A DNA stretch of 64,000 nt from Vicugna vicugna (lineage: Eukaryota), in NCBI GenBank assembly GCA_013265495.1, contig MU061579.1, forward strand, positions 6,610,124 to 6,674,123, written 5' to 3'. Under the pieces are notes generated by a model, which saw only the letters and a list, made by a program, of their open reading frames with translations, was not told the DNA's origin and did no database searches. Below, piece after piece: positions 62,064-64,000 of the stretch. Numbering within the stretch: position 1 is the stretch's first letter; each line of letters opens with the position of its first letter. Position numbers and translations under genes: made by a program.

Positions 62064-64000
62064 CAGGTACACATCAGAGATATTGCAGGTTCTGTCCCAA
62101 GACTATCACAATAAAATGAATATTGCAATAAGTGAGTCACATGAACTTCGAACTTTTGATTTTCCAATGCCTATAAAACTTATATTTACACTATACTGTA
62201 GTTTATTAAGTGTGCAATAGCATTCTGTCTAAAAAATAAACATATTAATTGAGAAATACTTTATTATTAAAAGATGCTAACCATCACCTGAGGCTTCAGC
62301 GAGTCATACTCTTTTGCTGGTGAAGGGTATTGCCCTGATGTTGATGGTCAGAGTGGTGACTGATCAAAGTGGTTGTTGCTGAAGGTTGGGGTGGCTCTGG
62401 TGATTTCTTCAATAAGATAACTATGAAGTTTGTTGCATCAATTGACTCTTCCTTTCACAAATGATTTATCTGTAGCATGCAATGCTGTTTGACAGCATTT
62501 TATCCATAGAACTTCTTTCAAAATTGGAGTTAATCTGCTCACATCCTGCTACTGCTTTATCAACTAAATTTATGTAATATTCTAAGTCTTTTGTTGTCAT
62601 TTCAACAGTCTTCACAGCATCTTCACCAGATGCTGTGCTTTCTTTGCTCTTCCATAAGAAGCAATTCCTCGTCCGTTAAATTTTGATTATGAGATTGCAA
62701 CAATTCAGTCACATCTCAGGCTCCACTTCTAATTCTAGTTCTCTTGCTATTTCTACCACATCTGCAGTTACTTCCTCCACGGAAGTCTTGACTCCCTCAA
62801 AGTCATCCATGAGAATTGGTATCAGCTTCTCCCAAACTCCTGTTATTGTTGATATTTTGACCTCCTCCCATGTATAATGAATTGTCTTAATGGCATCAAG
62901 AATGGTGAATCCTTGCCAGAAGATTTTATATTGAATTTTCCCAGATTTATCAGAGGAATCACTATCTACAGTGGCAACTCTAGCCTTACAAAATATATTT
63001 CTTAAATAATAAGACCTGAAAATCAAAATGACTCCTAGATTCATGGGCTGCAGAATAGATTTTGTGTTAGCAAACATGAAAACAACATAAGAATTGCATT
63101 GTACATCTCCATCAGAGCTCTTGGGTGACCATGTGCTTTGTCAATGAGCAGTAATATTTTGAAAGAAACCTTTTTTCCCCCTGGGAAGTAGATCTCAATA
63201 GTGGGCTTAAAATACTCAGTAAACCATGTTGTAAACAGATGTGCTGCCATTCAGGCTTTTTTTTCCATTCGTTCCATTTATAGAGCACAGGCAGAGTAGA
63301 TTGAGAATAACTCTTAAGGACCATAGGATTTTTGGAACAGTAAATGAAGACTGGATTCAACTTAAAGCCACCAGCTGAATTAGCCCCTAACAACAGAGTC
63401 AGCCTATCCTTTGCAGCTTTGAAGCCAGGCATTGACTTCTCCCTAGCTATGATAGTCCTAGATGGCATCTTCTTCCAATATAAGGTTGTTTCATCTACAC
63501 TGGGAATTTATTGTTTAGTGTGGCCATCTTTATTAATTACCTTAGCTAGATCTGGATAAGTTGCTGCAGCTTCTATATCAGCACTTGCTGCTTCACCTTG
63601 CACTTTTATGCTATGGGGACAGCTTCTTTCCTAAGCCTCACAAACCAGCCTCTGCTAGCTTCAAACTCTTCTGCAGCTTCCTCACCTCTCTCAGCCTTCA
63701 CAGAATTGAAGAGAGCTAGGGCCCTGCTCTGAATTAGCCTTTGACTTAAGGGAACATTGTGGCTGGTCTGATCTAGCCAGACCACTAAGACTTTCTCCAT
63801 ATCAGCAATAAGGTTATTTCACTTTCCAATCATCTGTGTGTTCACTGCAGTAATGCTTTTAATTTTCTTCAAGAAGTTTTCCTTTGCATTCGCAACTTGG
63901 TTAAGTGTTTGGTGCAAGAGGCCTAAGTTTCAGTCTATCTCAGCCATAAATATGCCTTCCTCACTAAGCTTAATCATTTCTAGCTTTAGATGTAAAGTGA
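62064..64000 (-). mobile_element. Tigger1 DNA transposon (pogo-like Tc1/mariner), running off the window edge
   Basis: TA|caggtacacatcagagatattgcaggttc terminus at 62064; transposase remnants throughout. Confidence 0.95.
62709..63990 (-). pseudogene. Tigger1 transposase pseudogene (CENP-B-like HTH + DDE domain), frameshifted
   Basis: Collinear ORF fragments [84 protein letters not shown], in different frames with stops. Confidence 0.9.

Noticed and set aside
1..64000. CpG-island promoter, intact autonomous retroelement or novel multi-gene system
   Set aside because: The window is CpG-poor throughout; all L1/Tigger coding remnants are truncated or frameshifted, and no intact genes are evident.

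Overview
AT-rich, CpG-poor, repeat-rich mammalian genomic DNA, either intergenic or deep in a large intron. Two tRNA-derived SINEs resembling the camelid-specific Vic-1 family (3355-3580, 37751-37895) suggest a camel/llama/alpaca genome. I find no supportable intact protein-coding gene; the supplied ORFs are transposon remnants or chance ORFs. Much of the window is interspersed repeat: L1 of several ages, L2, MIR, CR1/L3, MaLR/ERVL/ERV1 solo LTRs, MER5/MER63/MER2-type DNA elements and a decayed Tigger1 running off the right edge. Family names were assigned by eye from remembered consensus sequences, and most boundaries are approximate unless a TSD or TIR is quoted. I see no evidence for a novel multi-gene system. 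The most interesting observations are: two age-inverted nestings (old L1M 3' ends inside a younger SINE and a younger L1), a clear twin-primed L1 inside an MLT1A LTR, a decayed 7SL RNA pseudogene, a probable ancient CR1 reverse-transcriptase relic that looks exon-like, a three-TIR MER2-derived MITE, a candidate 9-nt microexon and several motif-dense candidate enhancers.
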